Positions 8,520 to 16,762 of a stretch of 64,000 nucleotides of DNA are shown in pieces. The stretch lies in IMG/VR virus record IMGVR_UViG_3300029549_000273; one strand, 5' to 3'. The position numbers were made by a program, and so were the translations under genes. The stretch is from a virus. Lineage: Duplodnaviria > Heunggongvirae > Uroviricota > Caudoviricetes. Below the pieces are notes generated by a model. That model was not told where the DNA came from. It saw nothing but the letters and a program-made list of their open reading frames with translations, and made no database searches. Within the stretch, counting starts at the first letter, position 1; each line of letters begins with the position of its first letter.

Positions 8520-8598
8520 CGCCAGCAACGGGATTCGAACCCGTGAACTCTACATCCTTTTGGATTAAGAAGCTGAATCCGCCCAGACTTCTGCCGGC
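8520..8598 (-). ncRNA. Non-canonical tRNA-like element (79 nt, no CCA, aberrant anticodon arm)
   Basis: The acceptor pairs GCCGGCA with TGCTGGC and the T-arm is ACGGGTTCGAATCCCGT. The only plausible anticodon hairpin is TTCTT-AATCCAA-AAGGA, which lacks U33. Confidence 0.3.
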
Positions 8599-8678
8599 AT
8601 AAATAGTTTTTAGAGGAGAAAGCAGACTACAATGCCGCCTGCCAGGGCGCTTCATGAATGGAGAAAGTTGAAAAAACG

Positions 8679-9003
8679 GCGGGTGGCCGGATTTGAACCG
8701 ACGAGTGCGCTCTCCTACCAAAGCGTCCACATATATTGCTTTAAGGGGGGGATTGGCAGACTATAACGCCGCCTGCCGGGGCAGATGTATGGGTAAAAAA
8801 GGAGAAGAAAAAAATGGCGGGCGGCCGGATTCGAACCGACGAGCGTTTGCCCCTGCCGGAGCACCCGCATATATACTGAAGGAGAAAGGCAGACTACGAC
8901 GCCGCCTGCCGGGGCAGATGTATTTGAATGAAAAGGGAGAAAGAAAAAATGGCGGGCGGTCGGATTCGAACCGACGGGCATTTGCTCCTGCCGAAGCACC
9001 CGC
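8679..9003 (-). repeat. Three tandem roughly 135-bp units, each containing an anticodon-arm-less tRNA-like element (acceptor stem, small D-like hairpin, T-arm), at the 5' end of the tRNA operon
   Basis: The units lie at approximately 8690-8745 (degenerate), 8816-8868 and 8951-9003. Each has the form GCGGGTG-CU(C/U)CGGCAGG(G/A)G-...-GTCGGTTCGAATCCG(G/A)C-CGCCCGC-CA followed by a U-run. A compensatory C-G to U-A change occurs in the small hairpin between units 2 and 3. Confidence 0.45.
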
Positions 9004-9032
9004 GTGTTTTGCCTCCTTCAATTTATGTTTGT

Positions 9033-9061
9033 ATTATACCACATAACATCTTGATTGTCAA
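9033..9061 (-). promoter_or_regulatory. Consensus sigma-70 promoter TTGACA-N17-TGgTATAAT driving the tRNA operon
   Basis: The reverse complement reads ttaTTGACAatcaagatgttatgtggTATAATac. It lies immediately upstream of the first tRNA-like unit. Confidence 0.6.
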
Positions 9062-9062
9062 T

Positions 9063-9098
9063 AAAATGATGAAAAAGGCCCACAGAATTGTGTGGGCC
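9063..9098 (-). terminator. Rho-independent terminator downstream of the 9105..9305 gene
   Basis: The hairpin GGCCCACAcaattcTGTGGGCC is followed by UUUUUCAUCAUUUU on the minus strand. Confidence 0.6.
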
Positions 9099-9104
9099 TT
9101 TCGA

Positions 9105-9305
9105 TTAGTTCTCGTCAGCCAACTCGTCTGCCCAAAGCGAGAGCCAGCTGTAGATTTCGTCGCCGATGTTCTTATCGAACTCAGGATGCTCGTCGAAACT
9201 CAGCGGAGCGTCGATTTGAGAACACTCCCCCGATTCGGGTTCGTAAATGTCGATTTCAACATGGTCGTTATCCATGCGGATAGTCAGCTCAAGATTCTTT
9301 TCCAT
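9105..9305 (-). CDS. Hypothetical small acidic protein (66 aa)
   Basis: A ribosome-binding site AGGAGAAATGAGTT precedes the ATG. The protein is acidic with a DELADEN tail. Confidence 0.5.
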   Translation of the reverse strand: MEKNLELTIRMDNDHVEIDIYEPESGECSQIDAPLSFDEHPEFDKNIGDEIYSWLSLWADELADEN

Positions 9306-9320
9306 AACTCATTTCTCCTT

Positions 9321-9917
9321 TCAAAAATTAGAAAGCCCAGCGTTCGCAATCATTTCCTGTATGGGCGTCTGGCTCTTTCCCTTCATAAATCGGCCAAACG
9401 CCGGGTGGTTCTGGTATGCTTTTTCCAGCTTCGCTCTGGTCCGATGTGCTGCACGAGCTTCGCATTTGGATACGAAGTACATCATTCCGGGCAAGACCTG
9501 CCCGAAAGTGGTGTAACTGCTTTTGGGCTTGTCCTGCATGGACTTGAGGAAGTCCACAACAGCTTCTCTCTTGTCCAATTTATCAAGCGCCATTTTTCGG
9601 TAGTCGATAACAGTCGGGTCCAATACGGTGTCCCCATTGAGGATGACGACACAATGATGGGCAGGAATCGTATCTCCCACGAATAGCCATCCAGCATAAG
9701 TGTCAGCTTGATAGCCGGCGTTCCGCAATGCTTCACGCAAAATGAAAGCGTTGTGGTAACAGCCTCCAACAGTGAATTGCATCCCATCAAAAACAGAGCG
9801 GATACCGTCATCTTTGCACGGCACAGTATTGTCGTGGCTCAGGACGATGCCTGTTTTTCCGTTGAGCGGCCACATAGCAGATGGGATGATGATATCTTTC
9901 CCTCCCATGTCCGGCAA
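9321..9917 (-). CDS. Hypothetical protein (198 aa)
   Basis: ORF in the minus-strand array. The conserved Cys/His residues GGCYHNA...HHCVV suggest a possible hydrolase, but this is unverified. Confidence 0.45.
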   Translation of the reverse strand: MPDMGGKDIIIPSAMWPLNGKTGIVLSHDNTVPCKDDGIRSVFDGMQFTVGGCYHNAFILREALRNAGYQADTYAGWLFVGDTIPAHHCVVILNGDTVLDPTVIDYRKMALDKLDKREAVVDFLKSMQDKPKSSYTTFGQVLPGMMYFVSKCEARAAHRTRAKLEKAYQNHPAFGRFMKGKSQTPIQEMIANAGLSNF

Positions 9918-10094
9918 ATCGGAGACGATGACTTTTTCTTTATTGTTGGATAGTTGAATATCTATAGTGCATTCTCCTCCTTTTTAACTTCTTCTTCCAA
10001 TTAAGCGGTGGGATTGGCTGAGCTGACAAGGAGTCAGGCTCAGCCAATCCACAGTTTAGTTGTAGGAATCTACGCCTTTTTGCATTGCTCCATG

Positions 10095-10997
10095 TCAGCC
10101 CTGCCCCGGAAACGGGCCGCGAGGCATTTCCTGTTTTGAGGGTGTTTCCGCATCAGGCTTAGGTGCATCCGCTGTGGCAGGCTGAGCCTGCTCAGGCGCT
10201 TTGACCGGCCGCGCAAATGCCTTAACGGTATCCCAGAATACATCCATCTGGTCCGTACACTCACGCTCTTCCAGGTAGGTCGCAGCAAGGTCCGCCATGT
10301 GAAGCATAGCAGCGAGCGGGTAGCGATTATAGACCTCACTGGTCTCGCGCTCATTCGCAAAGTCTCCCATGTGGTAGCGGATAGCCATGCGCTCCTCCGT
10401 GGTAAGTCCCAGTACGCCGAGGAATTTCTCGATGATGGCAACGGAGGCCTCTCCGTGGCCGAACTTGTGCGTATCGGTCACGGTGTAGCTCATAACCGTC
10501 TCCCAGATGAAATCTCCGAGGCTGTCGTGCTTTACGTCCTTTTGAAGGGCGTTTTTCACCTTCTCCGCGTCATACGTCTTCCGGTTCTTCGGTTCCATCG
10601 AATAGAACCCGACCTTGCAGATGTCATGGAGAAGCGCGACGATGGCAGCGGAGTCCATCATTGCCTTGCTTTCCTCGTTCTTGAGCTGCGCGTCGGCGTC
10701 CTTCATGGAGTTGGCGTTGCCTACGATGATAGTCAGCCATACATAGACATTCCAGGAATGCTCCATCAAACCGCCAGGATAGTTCCCGTGGTACTTCGTA
10801 GATGCGGGCGCGTTGACATAGTTCATCACGCCGTTTCCACAGCCCGACTGCATCCAGTTCAGGAGTCGCTTGATGCCTGGACGACCAGTCTCAATAAGGG
10901 CTGAAGAAATGTTCTTCCAAAGAGTTGCCTTCTCTTCCGTGGTCAGGCTGTCCTTGTGTGGAACATTGGCCGCAGTCAGTTTCACATTGCTCAACAT
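10095..10997 (-). CDS. HD-domain phosphohydrolase family protein
   Basis: The signature H...HD...H...D is present: KYHGN, LLHDICK, HKFGHGE and MLHMADLA. Confidence 0.6.
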   Translation of the reverse strand: MLSNVKLTAANVPHKDSLTTEEKATLWKNISSALIETGRPGIKRLLNWMQSGCGNGVMNYVNAPASTKYHGNYPGGLMEHSWNVYVWLTIIVGNANSMKDADAQLKNEESKAMMDSAAIVALLHDICKVGFYSMEPKNRKTYDAEKVKNALQKDVKHDSLGDFIWETVMSYTVTDTHKFGHGEASVAIIEKFLGVLGLTTEERMAIRYHMGDFANERETSEVYNRYPLAAMLHMADLAATYLEERECTDQMDVFWDTVKAFARPVKAPEQAQPATADAPKPDAETPSKQEMPRGPFPGQG

Positions 10998-11012
10998 TGC
11001 ATATCCTCTCTT

Positions 11013-11396
11013 TCAAAGTTCAAAATTGTCAAGGCTGCTTTTGCGCTCCGCAACATTCTGCACCTTTTGGAGCAGTTCCTGCTTGATAGCAGGCCACGAA
11101 TGAATCAGCTCAAGGCCAGCATCCGAACGAGTGCAGAAGTCAGAGCAGCCGAATTCCTGCGTGCCGGTTGGCAGCAGGTTCATGCACAGATTCCCTGCAC
11201 CTCCGCAAACACTGCGTCCGTCTACATAGAGTCGATACTGCTTCCCGGTGGTGCCGTTGGCAAAGTGTACCACATTGCCAAAATAGACAGTAATCGCTTC
11301 ACCACAGAGCTTCGGGCTGATTTCGGCTTCGATGTATGCCTTGATTCTCTCAATGTTGGATTTCAGCTTCGCCTTTTCTTCTGTTGTCAGTTTCAT
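11013..11396 (-). CDS. Hypothetical protein (127 aa)
   Basis: ORF with a ribosome-binding site. No motif was recognised. Confidence 0.45.
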   Translation of the reverse strand: MKLTTEEKAKLKSNIERIKAYIEAEISPKLCGEAITVYFGNVVHFANGTTGKQYRLYVDGRSVCGGAGNLCMNLLPTGTQEFGCSDFCTRSDAGLELIHSWPAIKQELLQKVQNVAERKSSLDNFEL

Positions 11397-11489
11397 TTTT
11401 TCATTTCTCCTTTACAATATTTGTGGAATCGTTCATATTTGATGTTTGATATAAGCAGTGCCAATATAGATGAGTTGAAATAACTGGAA

Positions 11490-11912
11490 TTATTCCAGAT
11501 ACGGCTTGAGAAGCTGCTGACAGTTACGGATTGTCAGGCTCGACAAGATTGCGGAAGACAGCTCGTAGGGGTCATCTTCGACAGTCTCGCTGTCCCATTG
11601 CTCGTTGCCTTTGAGACGCCGACGCATCATCATCTTCACATAGCCCGCTTCATCCTCACTCGGCTCGATTTTCAGGCCATCGACTTCGCCGTTGCGTACT
11701 GCATCAACCAAATCTACGCCCATAATGTGCTCGGCAACCAAATTCTGCCAAAATTCCGCTTCTTCCCATGCGGGATGTTCTACCGTGCGGACTTTCATTG
11801 CGGATGCGGATATCTCGACCTGTGTAGCATTATCCGGCAGGCCCAGCGTATCGCAAACCTCAGACCAAGCATCGCTATTCCGGAAATCCTGTTTTGCAAG
11901 TATCAGTTTCAT
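11490..11912 (-). CDS. Hypothetical protein (140 aa); paralog of 37595..37966
   Basis: Shares the motif W.EVC..LGLP..T.QVE.S.SA.KVRT with the ORF at 37595..37966. It is preceded by leader repeat copy A. Confidence 0.5.
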   Translation of the reverse strand: MKLILAKQDFRNSDAWSEVCDTLGLPDNATQVEISASAMKVRTVEHPAWEEAEFWQNLVAEHIMGVDLVDAVRNGEVDGLKIEPSEDEAGYVKMMMRRRLKGNEQWDSETVEDDPYELSSAILSSLTIRNCQQLLKPYLE

Positions 11913-11924
11913 TTTTATTTCTCC

Positions 11925-12095
11925 TTTATAAAATAGTCTTGTTTATATAAAAGTCAGCGGTATATAGCCGCTGACAGAACTTTCTTTTTGTTTGTGATAC
12001 TTCCTTGGTATGTTCTTAGCATAGCGACAAATATGAGAAATGGCCCATTTTTGCACAAGGAACCCAAGAACCCAAGAATTCTTGCGAATTGGAAT
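11925..12095. repeat. Conserved intergenic leader module, copy A (hairpin, palindrome and iterons)
   Basis: Contains tatataaaagtcagcggtatatagccgctgaca...gatacttccttggtatgttcttagcatagc...ggaacccaagaacccaagaa. Homologous to the copies at 22.5, 28.7, 32.7, 35.9 and 38.0 kb. Confidence 0.6.
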
Positions 12096-12122
12096 GGTTT
12101 TCTGGGAATCCTCAAAATTGGA

Positions 12123-12151
12123 TTGACTTTTTAATGCAAATTTGGTATAAT
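12123..12151 (+). promoter_or_regulatory. Plus-strand sigma-70 promoter TTGACT-N17-TGgTATAAT for the only plus-strand gene
   Basis: The sequence is gaTTGACTttttaatgcaaatttggTATAATat. Confidence 0.5.
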
Positions 12152-12279
12152 ATACTTGCAACGATGGATAACACGTTTGCATCATTTTTTTCATTTCTCC
12201 CCTTCAATAATATGGTGGATGGACAGTTCTTTGTGAAACTGTGTCCATTCACCATATTTCTTTTTTGTGGAGGTTTTTA

Positions 12280-12596
12280 TGAACAAGAAGTCTTTTTCCG
12301 GCCACGATATATCGGAGGCTGCCAATCTGCCAGTTGCTCCCCTCACACCTGATGACAACGAGTTCTACGCCCTGTGCGGGTTCATCGACGATATCTTTTT
12401 ACTGCCTGAGCGCCGAGAACGCATCGTGAAACTCGCACAGGACAACCACCTACCCATCTTCATGGTTGTGAATATGGTTGAACCTTACTTTGCGCTCAAC
12501 CATATTACAGAGTATGACCACTCGCCTGATTCGTTTGAGACGGTGTTCAAGTATCTAAAGACACTCGCTGACGAGGAGGGGGAACTGTTCGAATAA
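12280..12596 (+). CDS. Hypothetical protein (105 aa), the only plus-strand gene in the window
   Basis: GGAGG lies 6 nt before the ATG (MNKKSF...). A hairpin CAGGG...CCCTG follows the stop codon. Confidence 0.5.
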
Positions 12597-12683
12597 TCTT
12601 TTTTCATCAACACGCAAAAAAACAGGGCAGCTATGCTACCCTGTTGATGTGTCTTGTTGTGTGATTCTTTCTGCTGTGGCAAC

Positions 12684-13229
12684 TCAATCTTCGCAAGGCA
12701 GGCAGGACGCATCCATAACCTGCTCGTACAGTTTCTTGAATGCCCGGATGCGCAAGTCGTAATCATAATAGACAACTTTTGATTCCACGACATCCTCCCG
12801 CTCAACAGCTGGAAGAATCTTTATGACAACGGTATTTCTTTTTTTATTGATGGCCTCTCTGTCCTGTGTGAGGACTGTGATGGCGTAGATTTCCTTCGTT
12901 CTCGGATACAATTCCAGGATAAAAGAAACCTTGTTCACCATGTCCAGAATCTGAAAACGCTGCCGCTTCTCGACATAATCATAAGACTGGCGGCGGGAAG
13001 CGCGGGATAGCACGATATCTTCGGAGACCTTATCGGCGAAGATGGCGTCTTCAAAGATGGTGCCGAGGATAATTCCAGCCTTCTCAATGGAGCAGTTTCT
13101 TTCGGTGGAGCGGTCCTCAAAGTGTTCGCTGTAGAACAGGTTCCACTCCCCATCCAGTCCGTTCGCGTGCCCCATGTAGATGGTTGTGGCATTCCGAAAT
13201 GTGGCAATTTGGGGTTCTTTCTCCTTCAT
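12684..13229 (-). CDS. Hypothetical protein (181 aa)
   Basis: ORF with a ribosome-binding site; a terminator follows downstream. Confidence 0.5.
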   Translation of the reverse strand: MKEKEPQIATFRNATTIYMGHANGLDGEWNLFYSEHFEDRSTERNCSIEKAGIILGTIFEDAIFADKVSEDIVLSRASRRQSYDYVEKRQRFQILDMVNKVSFILELYPRTKEIYAITVLTQDREAINKKRNTVVIKILPAVEREDVVESKVVYYDYDLRIRAFKKLYEQVMDASCLPCED

Positions 13230-13242
13230 GTTTTTTCTCCTT

Positions 13243-13280
13243 AAATAAAGATTGTTACAAAGAAGGAGACACCGATTTCT
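13243..13280 (-). terminator. Rho-independent terminator after the SSB-like gene
   Basis: The hairpin GGAGACACCGagaaatCGGTGTCTCC is followed by TTCTTTGT. Confidence 0.55.
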
Positions 13281-13309
13281 CGGTGTCTCCTTGCTTTGTA
13301 TGTGCCGAA

Positions 13310-13963
13310 TCAGAACGGCAGCTCACCGTCATCATCAGAGATGTCGATAAAGCCGTCGTCGTTCATAGCGGGCGCTGCGGAAGCGTATGCGGCAGGACTA
13401 CCGCCGGACGCCTGCGCGTTGCCGCCGTTCTCCAGCATGACATTTGCGTTCTCCTTTTCCACCTTATCGGCTCCCACATGGTCCTTGGCAAACAGGGACA
13501 CGCGGCCAAAAGCGGCACGCTTCTTCCCTTCCTTATCCGTATAGACGGACAGTTCGCCGGAGAGAACGATGTTCTGCTTGAAGGTCAAATTGGGGTCGCC
13601 CATGACCTGATACAGGCCCATCGTGCTGCGGTCCATGAACACGCCGGCATACAGCTTGCCATTGATAAGTTCGACGCCGGTGGTTTCCAGGAACTCCTTG
13701 AAGGTCAGGTACTTCCCATCGTAATAGACAGAAGAGAAAGGATTGCCGTTGTTGCTCTTGCGGTCATCCGGGGAGATAACAACAGTACAGGCAATCTGCT
13801 TGTACTGCTTGTTGTTCTTGGATGTGCGCTCGATGACCTTGAACGGCTTTGCCCCACTCTTGGGGAAGTGGATGCCGCACTGGAACGTGCCGGTGATGCT
13901 GACGCTCTTTTCGCCCTTATAGGTGGAGACGACGTTCAGGTTGTTGGTGTACTCAGACATGAT
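13310..13963 (-). CDS. Putative single-stranded-DNA-binding-like protein with a C-terminal acidic DDDGELPF tail
   Basis: The internal start MSEYTNNL is preceded by AAAGGAGAAAAAA. The C-terminus DISDDDGELPF resembles the SSB acidic tip. The N-terminal domain is not a textbook SSB OB-fold. Confidence 0.4.
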   Translation of the reverse strand: MMSEYTNNLNVVSTYKGEKSVSITGTFQCGIHFPKSGAKPFKVIERTSKNNKQYKQIACTVVISPDDRKSNNGNPFSSVYYDGKYLTFKEFLETTGVELINGKLYAGVFMDRSTMGLYQVMGDPNLTFKQNIVLSGELSVYTDKEGKKRAAFGRVSLFAKDHVGADKVEKENANVMLENGGNAQASGGSPAAYASAAPAMNDDGFIDISDDDGELPF

Positions 13964-14185
13964 TTTTTCTCCTTTTCGAAATAATTTTTGTGATTGTAGC
14001 TTGCACATTAAAAAAATGGGACAAGCGATTCTTCCCTGCGGACAGTTCCGAATGCGCTTGTCCCAGCGAAGTATCAAGTCAATTTCATGAGAGATACTTC
14101 TTTAATGTAACGCCATCATACCCTACGATTTTCAATTTTCAAAACCTGTCTGTCCGGAACCTGAGAACTCAAGAACCCCAGCGGT

Positions 14186-16606
14186 TCACTGGCCGAACAT
14201 GGTGCAGAAGCGATAGAGCATGACAATGGTTTCAGCTCTCGTCATGTGGTACTGCGGACCAAGCGTTTGGTTCGACTGCCCCACGACAATGCCATTGGTC
14301 GCTGCCCAGCTCAGCGGGCGAACGGCGTAAGAAGAAACCGCGTAGAAATCAGCGTAAGCGTTCAGCACGCCAGTCTCCTGATAGTAAGCGAAGCCACGGC
14401 AGGTAGCGTAGCGGTACAGGATAGCGGCTGCCTGCTCACGAGTAACGGCGGCATACGGCTTAAAGGAGTTATCACCGTAGCCGGTGACAATGCCGTTCTC
14501 CGCAGCCCAGTAGATTGCATGAGCAAAGGGAGAGGAAGCAGCGACATCGGTGAAGTAGGTGTGACGTCCGGGATTCGGGCTTCCGCAGATACGGTACAGG
14601 AGCAGAACCAGCTCACCGCGAGAAACAGGCGTATTCGGGGAGAATACGTCGTTGGACACACCGTTGACGATGCCGCGAGAAGTCATGTAGCACAGCTCAT
14701 TGTAGTACCATGCAGAGTTGCTCACGTCATAGTACGGATTCTTCCAGCCCGGAGTCCAGTCATGGTTCGGTCCACCGGGATACCTGTTGCCGGCATTGTC
14801 CCAGTACCCGTTGATTCTGGTGAACTCCACGTCGAGGCGGTGGTCATCTCTGACGTTGGTGAAGGTGTACTGATTGTTGCGGGTGGAAACCAGAGAACCG
14901 TCCACATAAACGGCAGAAATCCGATAGCCTGCATCGGGTTCAAAGTAGAACGTGCGGCTATTTCCTCTGGCAACGGTGATACTGCCGCTGTCATTTGGCG
15001 TTACCGTACCGCCATAGCTGGAGCGAATGGTGATGTCAAATCTGGAGTTAGAGGAATTACGCTTTGCGAACTCAACGTAAATCTCGTGGTCCTCGCTGAC
15101 ATCGCGGAAGGTGTAGCTGCTCTTGGTCCCAACATACTCGTTATCGACATAGACGCCGATAATCTCATAGCCACTGTTCGCATAGAAGTTGAAAGTCTTA
15201 TCCGCACCATCCCGCACGGTATTCGTGCCAGACGGAGAAATGCGGCCGCCATCGGAAGCGGAAGCGTCGATGGTATACCGGTCATTCGTCGGTTTGGAGT
15301 GATTGGAAAGAATTTCGAAATGCTCCGTGGCATACGAGCCTCGGTAACTATTGATGCCGGTAACAAAGACAGTTGCCATGCCGACCTGTCTGTTGTTGGA
15401 GAAGCTCAGAGTGTAGTCCTCGCCTTCCGTCAGACGGTTGTTATAGCGGTCATAGACCTTTACCGTCGGCTCCTGATAGGTGCCGTCATAGTAGACATCA
15501 TTGACAACTACGCGGAAGTTCGTGCTAATGACGTCATCATCGACCTTGACATCATAGTAGGTCATTGTTCCTTCACGAACCGTAATAGCATAATTTGGGT
15601 TCACAGGGAATTCCGCACGGATGCCAAAGTACGGGCCATAAGAGTAGCCCGTCTTGGAATAGACGGAATAACGAGGCGAACCGAGGCTGTCGCCGGGGGC
15701 GAGACTGCCGCTGGTGATGTCATAGCGGAAGGTCGGGTCTGTATCTCGGATGCTGCAACGCACGTCGCGGATGCGCACCGTGATGGGAGCGGCCTGGATG
15801 GTGAACTCACGCATCTCGCTGACCTTGCTGTAGCTGCCGATTCCGTTGATGGTGACGCTGGCCTTGCCAGCATTGACGTTGTTGCGGTAAACGAGATTGT
15901 AGTCCCGTCCCTCTGTCAGCGTCTTTCCGGTGGAAGCGTCCTGAACGGTGGGCTTCGGCGTCTGAGCACTGCCGTTGTAGAAGACGTTGGACGGTCCGCT
16001 GATAACGACGGTGCCGAGCGTCTGGACAATCGTCAGAGTACCGGGCAGAACCGTGATTTCGTAATCGGCGTTGTCCTGGAAGGTCGCGCTGACCGTCTTG
16101 GTGCTGTTCCCGTTATCCTTCACGGAATACTGCGGCTGTCCAAGCGAATCTCCGGAAGCAAGTGTCCCCTGAAGAATCGTGTAGGTGTAGGAGGCCGGGT
16201 CCTTGACATCCTGCACATCGTCCACCTTCACGACTAACTGAGCGGGGTGAATGGTGAACTCACAGCTGCCAACATACCCTGCATACTTTCCCATTCCGAG
16301 AATGTACGCAATTCCCGTGCCGGCGTGAACATTGTTGCTGTATTCCATCCGGAAGTCAGTACCAGCAACCAGCTCCGTACCGCCCACTGTGATTTTTGGT
16401 GTCGGCGTCTGTGCTTTTCCGTTGTAGATGATGCCGCTGCTGTCGATTTCGCCGATACTGAGGCCGGACACGGCCTGCATTACGGCATAGCCCCCTTCTG
16501 TCCTCTCCGCCCCAGCAGTGTCGAGAGCTTGTGCCGGTGCTGTGACCAGCGTAAGCGTCAGAACTGCCGAGAGTGCGGCGGAACACACACGGTTTTTCCT
16601 ATTCAT
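14186..16606 (-). CDS. Cell-surface protein with a signal peptide, repeated MBG/Ig-like domains and three C-terminal S-layer-homology (SLH) domains
   Basis: The N-terminus MNRKNRVCSAALSAVLTLTLVTAPAQA is a signal peptide. The repeat YxIxxGxLAxGDSLGxPxYSV occurs several times. The C-terminal SLH motifs include FTDV...W....GIVTGYGDNSFKP...TREQAA. Confidence 0.8.
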   Translation of the reverse strand: MNRKNRVCSAALSAVLTLTLVTAPAQALDTAGAERTEGGYAVMQAVSGLSIGEIDSSGIIYNGKAQTPTPKITVGGTELVAGTDFRMEYSNNVHAGTGIAYILGMGKYAGYVGSCEFTIHPAQLVVKVDDVQDVKDPASYTYTILQGTLASGDSLGQPQYSVKDNGNSTKTVSATFQDNADYEITVLPGTLTIVQTLGTVVISGPSNVFYNGSAQTPKPTVQDASTGKTLTEGRDYNLVYRNNVNAGKASVTINGIGSYSKVSEMREFTIQAAPITVRIRDVRCSIRDTDPTFRYDITSGSLAPGDSLGSPRYSVYSKTGYSYGPYFGIRAEFPVNPNYAITVREGTMTYYDVKVDDDVISTNFRVVVNDVYYDGTYQEPTVKVYDRYNNRLTEGEDYTLSFSNNRQVGMATVFVTGINSYRGSYATEHFEILSNHSKPTNDRYTIDASASDGGRISPSGTNTVRDGADKTFNFYANSGYEIIGVYVDNEYVGTKSSYTFRDVSEDHEIYVEFAKRNSSNSRFDITIRSSYGGTVTPNDSGSITVARGNSRTFYFEPDAGYRISAVYVDGSLVSTRNNQYTFTNVRDDHRLDVEFTRINGYWDNAGNRYPGGPNHDWTPGWKNPYYDVSNSAWYYNELCYMTSRGIVNGVSNDVFSPNTPVSRGELVLLLYRICGSPNPGRHTYFTDVAASSPFAHAIYWAAENGIVTGYGDNSFKPYAAVTREQAAAILYRYATCRGFAYYQETGVLNAYADFYAVSSYAVRPLSWAATNGIVVGQSNQTLGPQYHMTRAETIVMLYRFCTMFGQ

Positions 16607-16654
16607 GCAAAATTTCTCCTTTCAAAATTTTTGGGGTTCCGCTCTATATATTAT

Positions 16655-16690
16655 CCCACATATACACTTATTAGTCAATTTATTTCTGAC
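16655..16690 (-). promoter_or_regulatory. Promoter TTGACT-N17-GATAAT upstream of the SLH surface-protein gene
   Basis: The reverse complement reads aaTTGACTaataagtgtatatgtggGATAATat. Confidence 0.4.
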
Positions 16691-16713
16691 TGAATATCCA
16701 AAAAGGCCAAAAA

Positions 16714-16758
16714 TATACAAAAAAACTGCGCGTCCTCCTTTTTCAGGAAGACGCGCAG
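16714..16758 (-). terminator. Rho-independent terminator downstream of the recD-like gene
   Basis: The hairpin GCTGCGCGTC...GACGCGCAG is followed by TTTTTTTG. Confidence 0.6.
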
Positions 16759-16762
16759 CTTT

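Noticed and set aside
8693-9046. ORFs of 86-117 aa on both strands within the tandem tRNA-like repeats
   Set aside because: The internally repetitive peptides (GGRPDSNRRAFAPA repeated twice) are artefacts of translating the tandem repeat units.
8928-9686. 252-aa plus-strand ORF
   Set aside because: It spans the tRNA promoter, a terminator and two minus-strand genes that have good ribosome-binding sites. It has no ribosome-binding site of its own.
14246-16237. 663-aa plus-strand ORF antisense to the SLH surface-protein gene
   Set aside because: It is the antisense frame of a high-GC repetitive gene. It gives low-complexity Ala/Gly/Val-rich sequence, has no ribosome-binding site, and the sense gene has a clear signal peptide and SLH domains.
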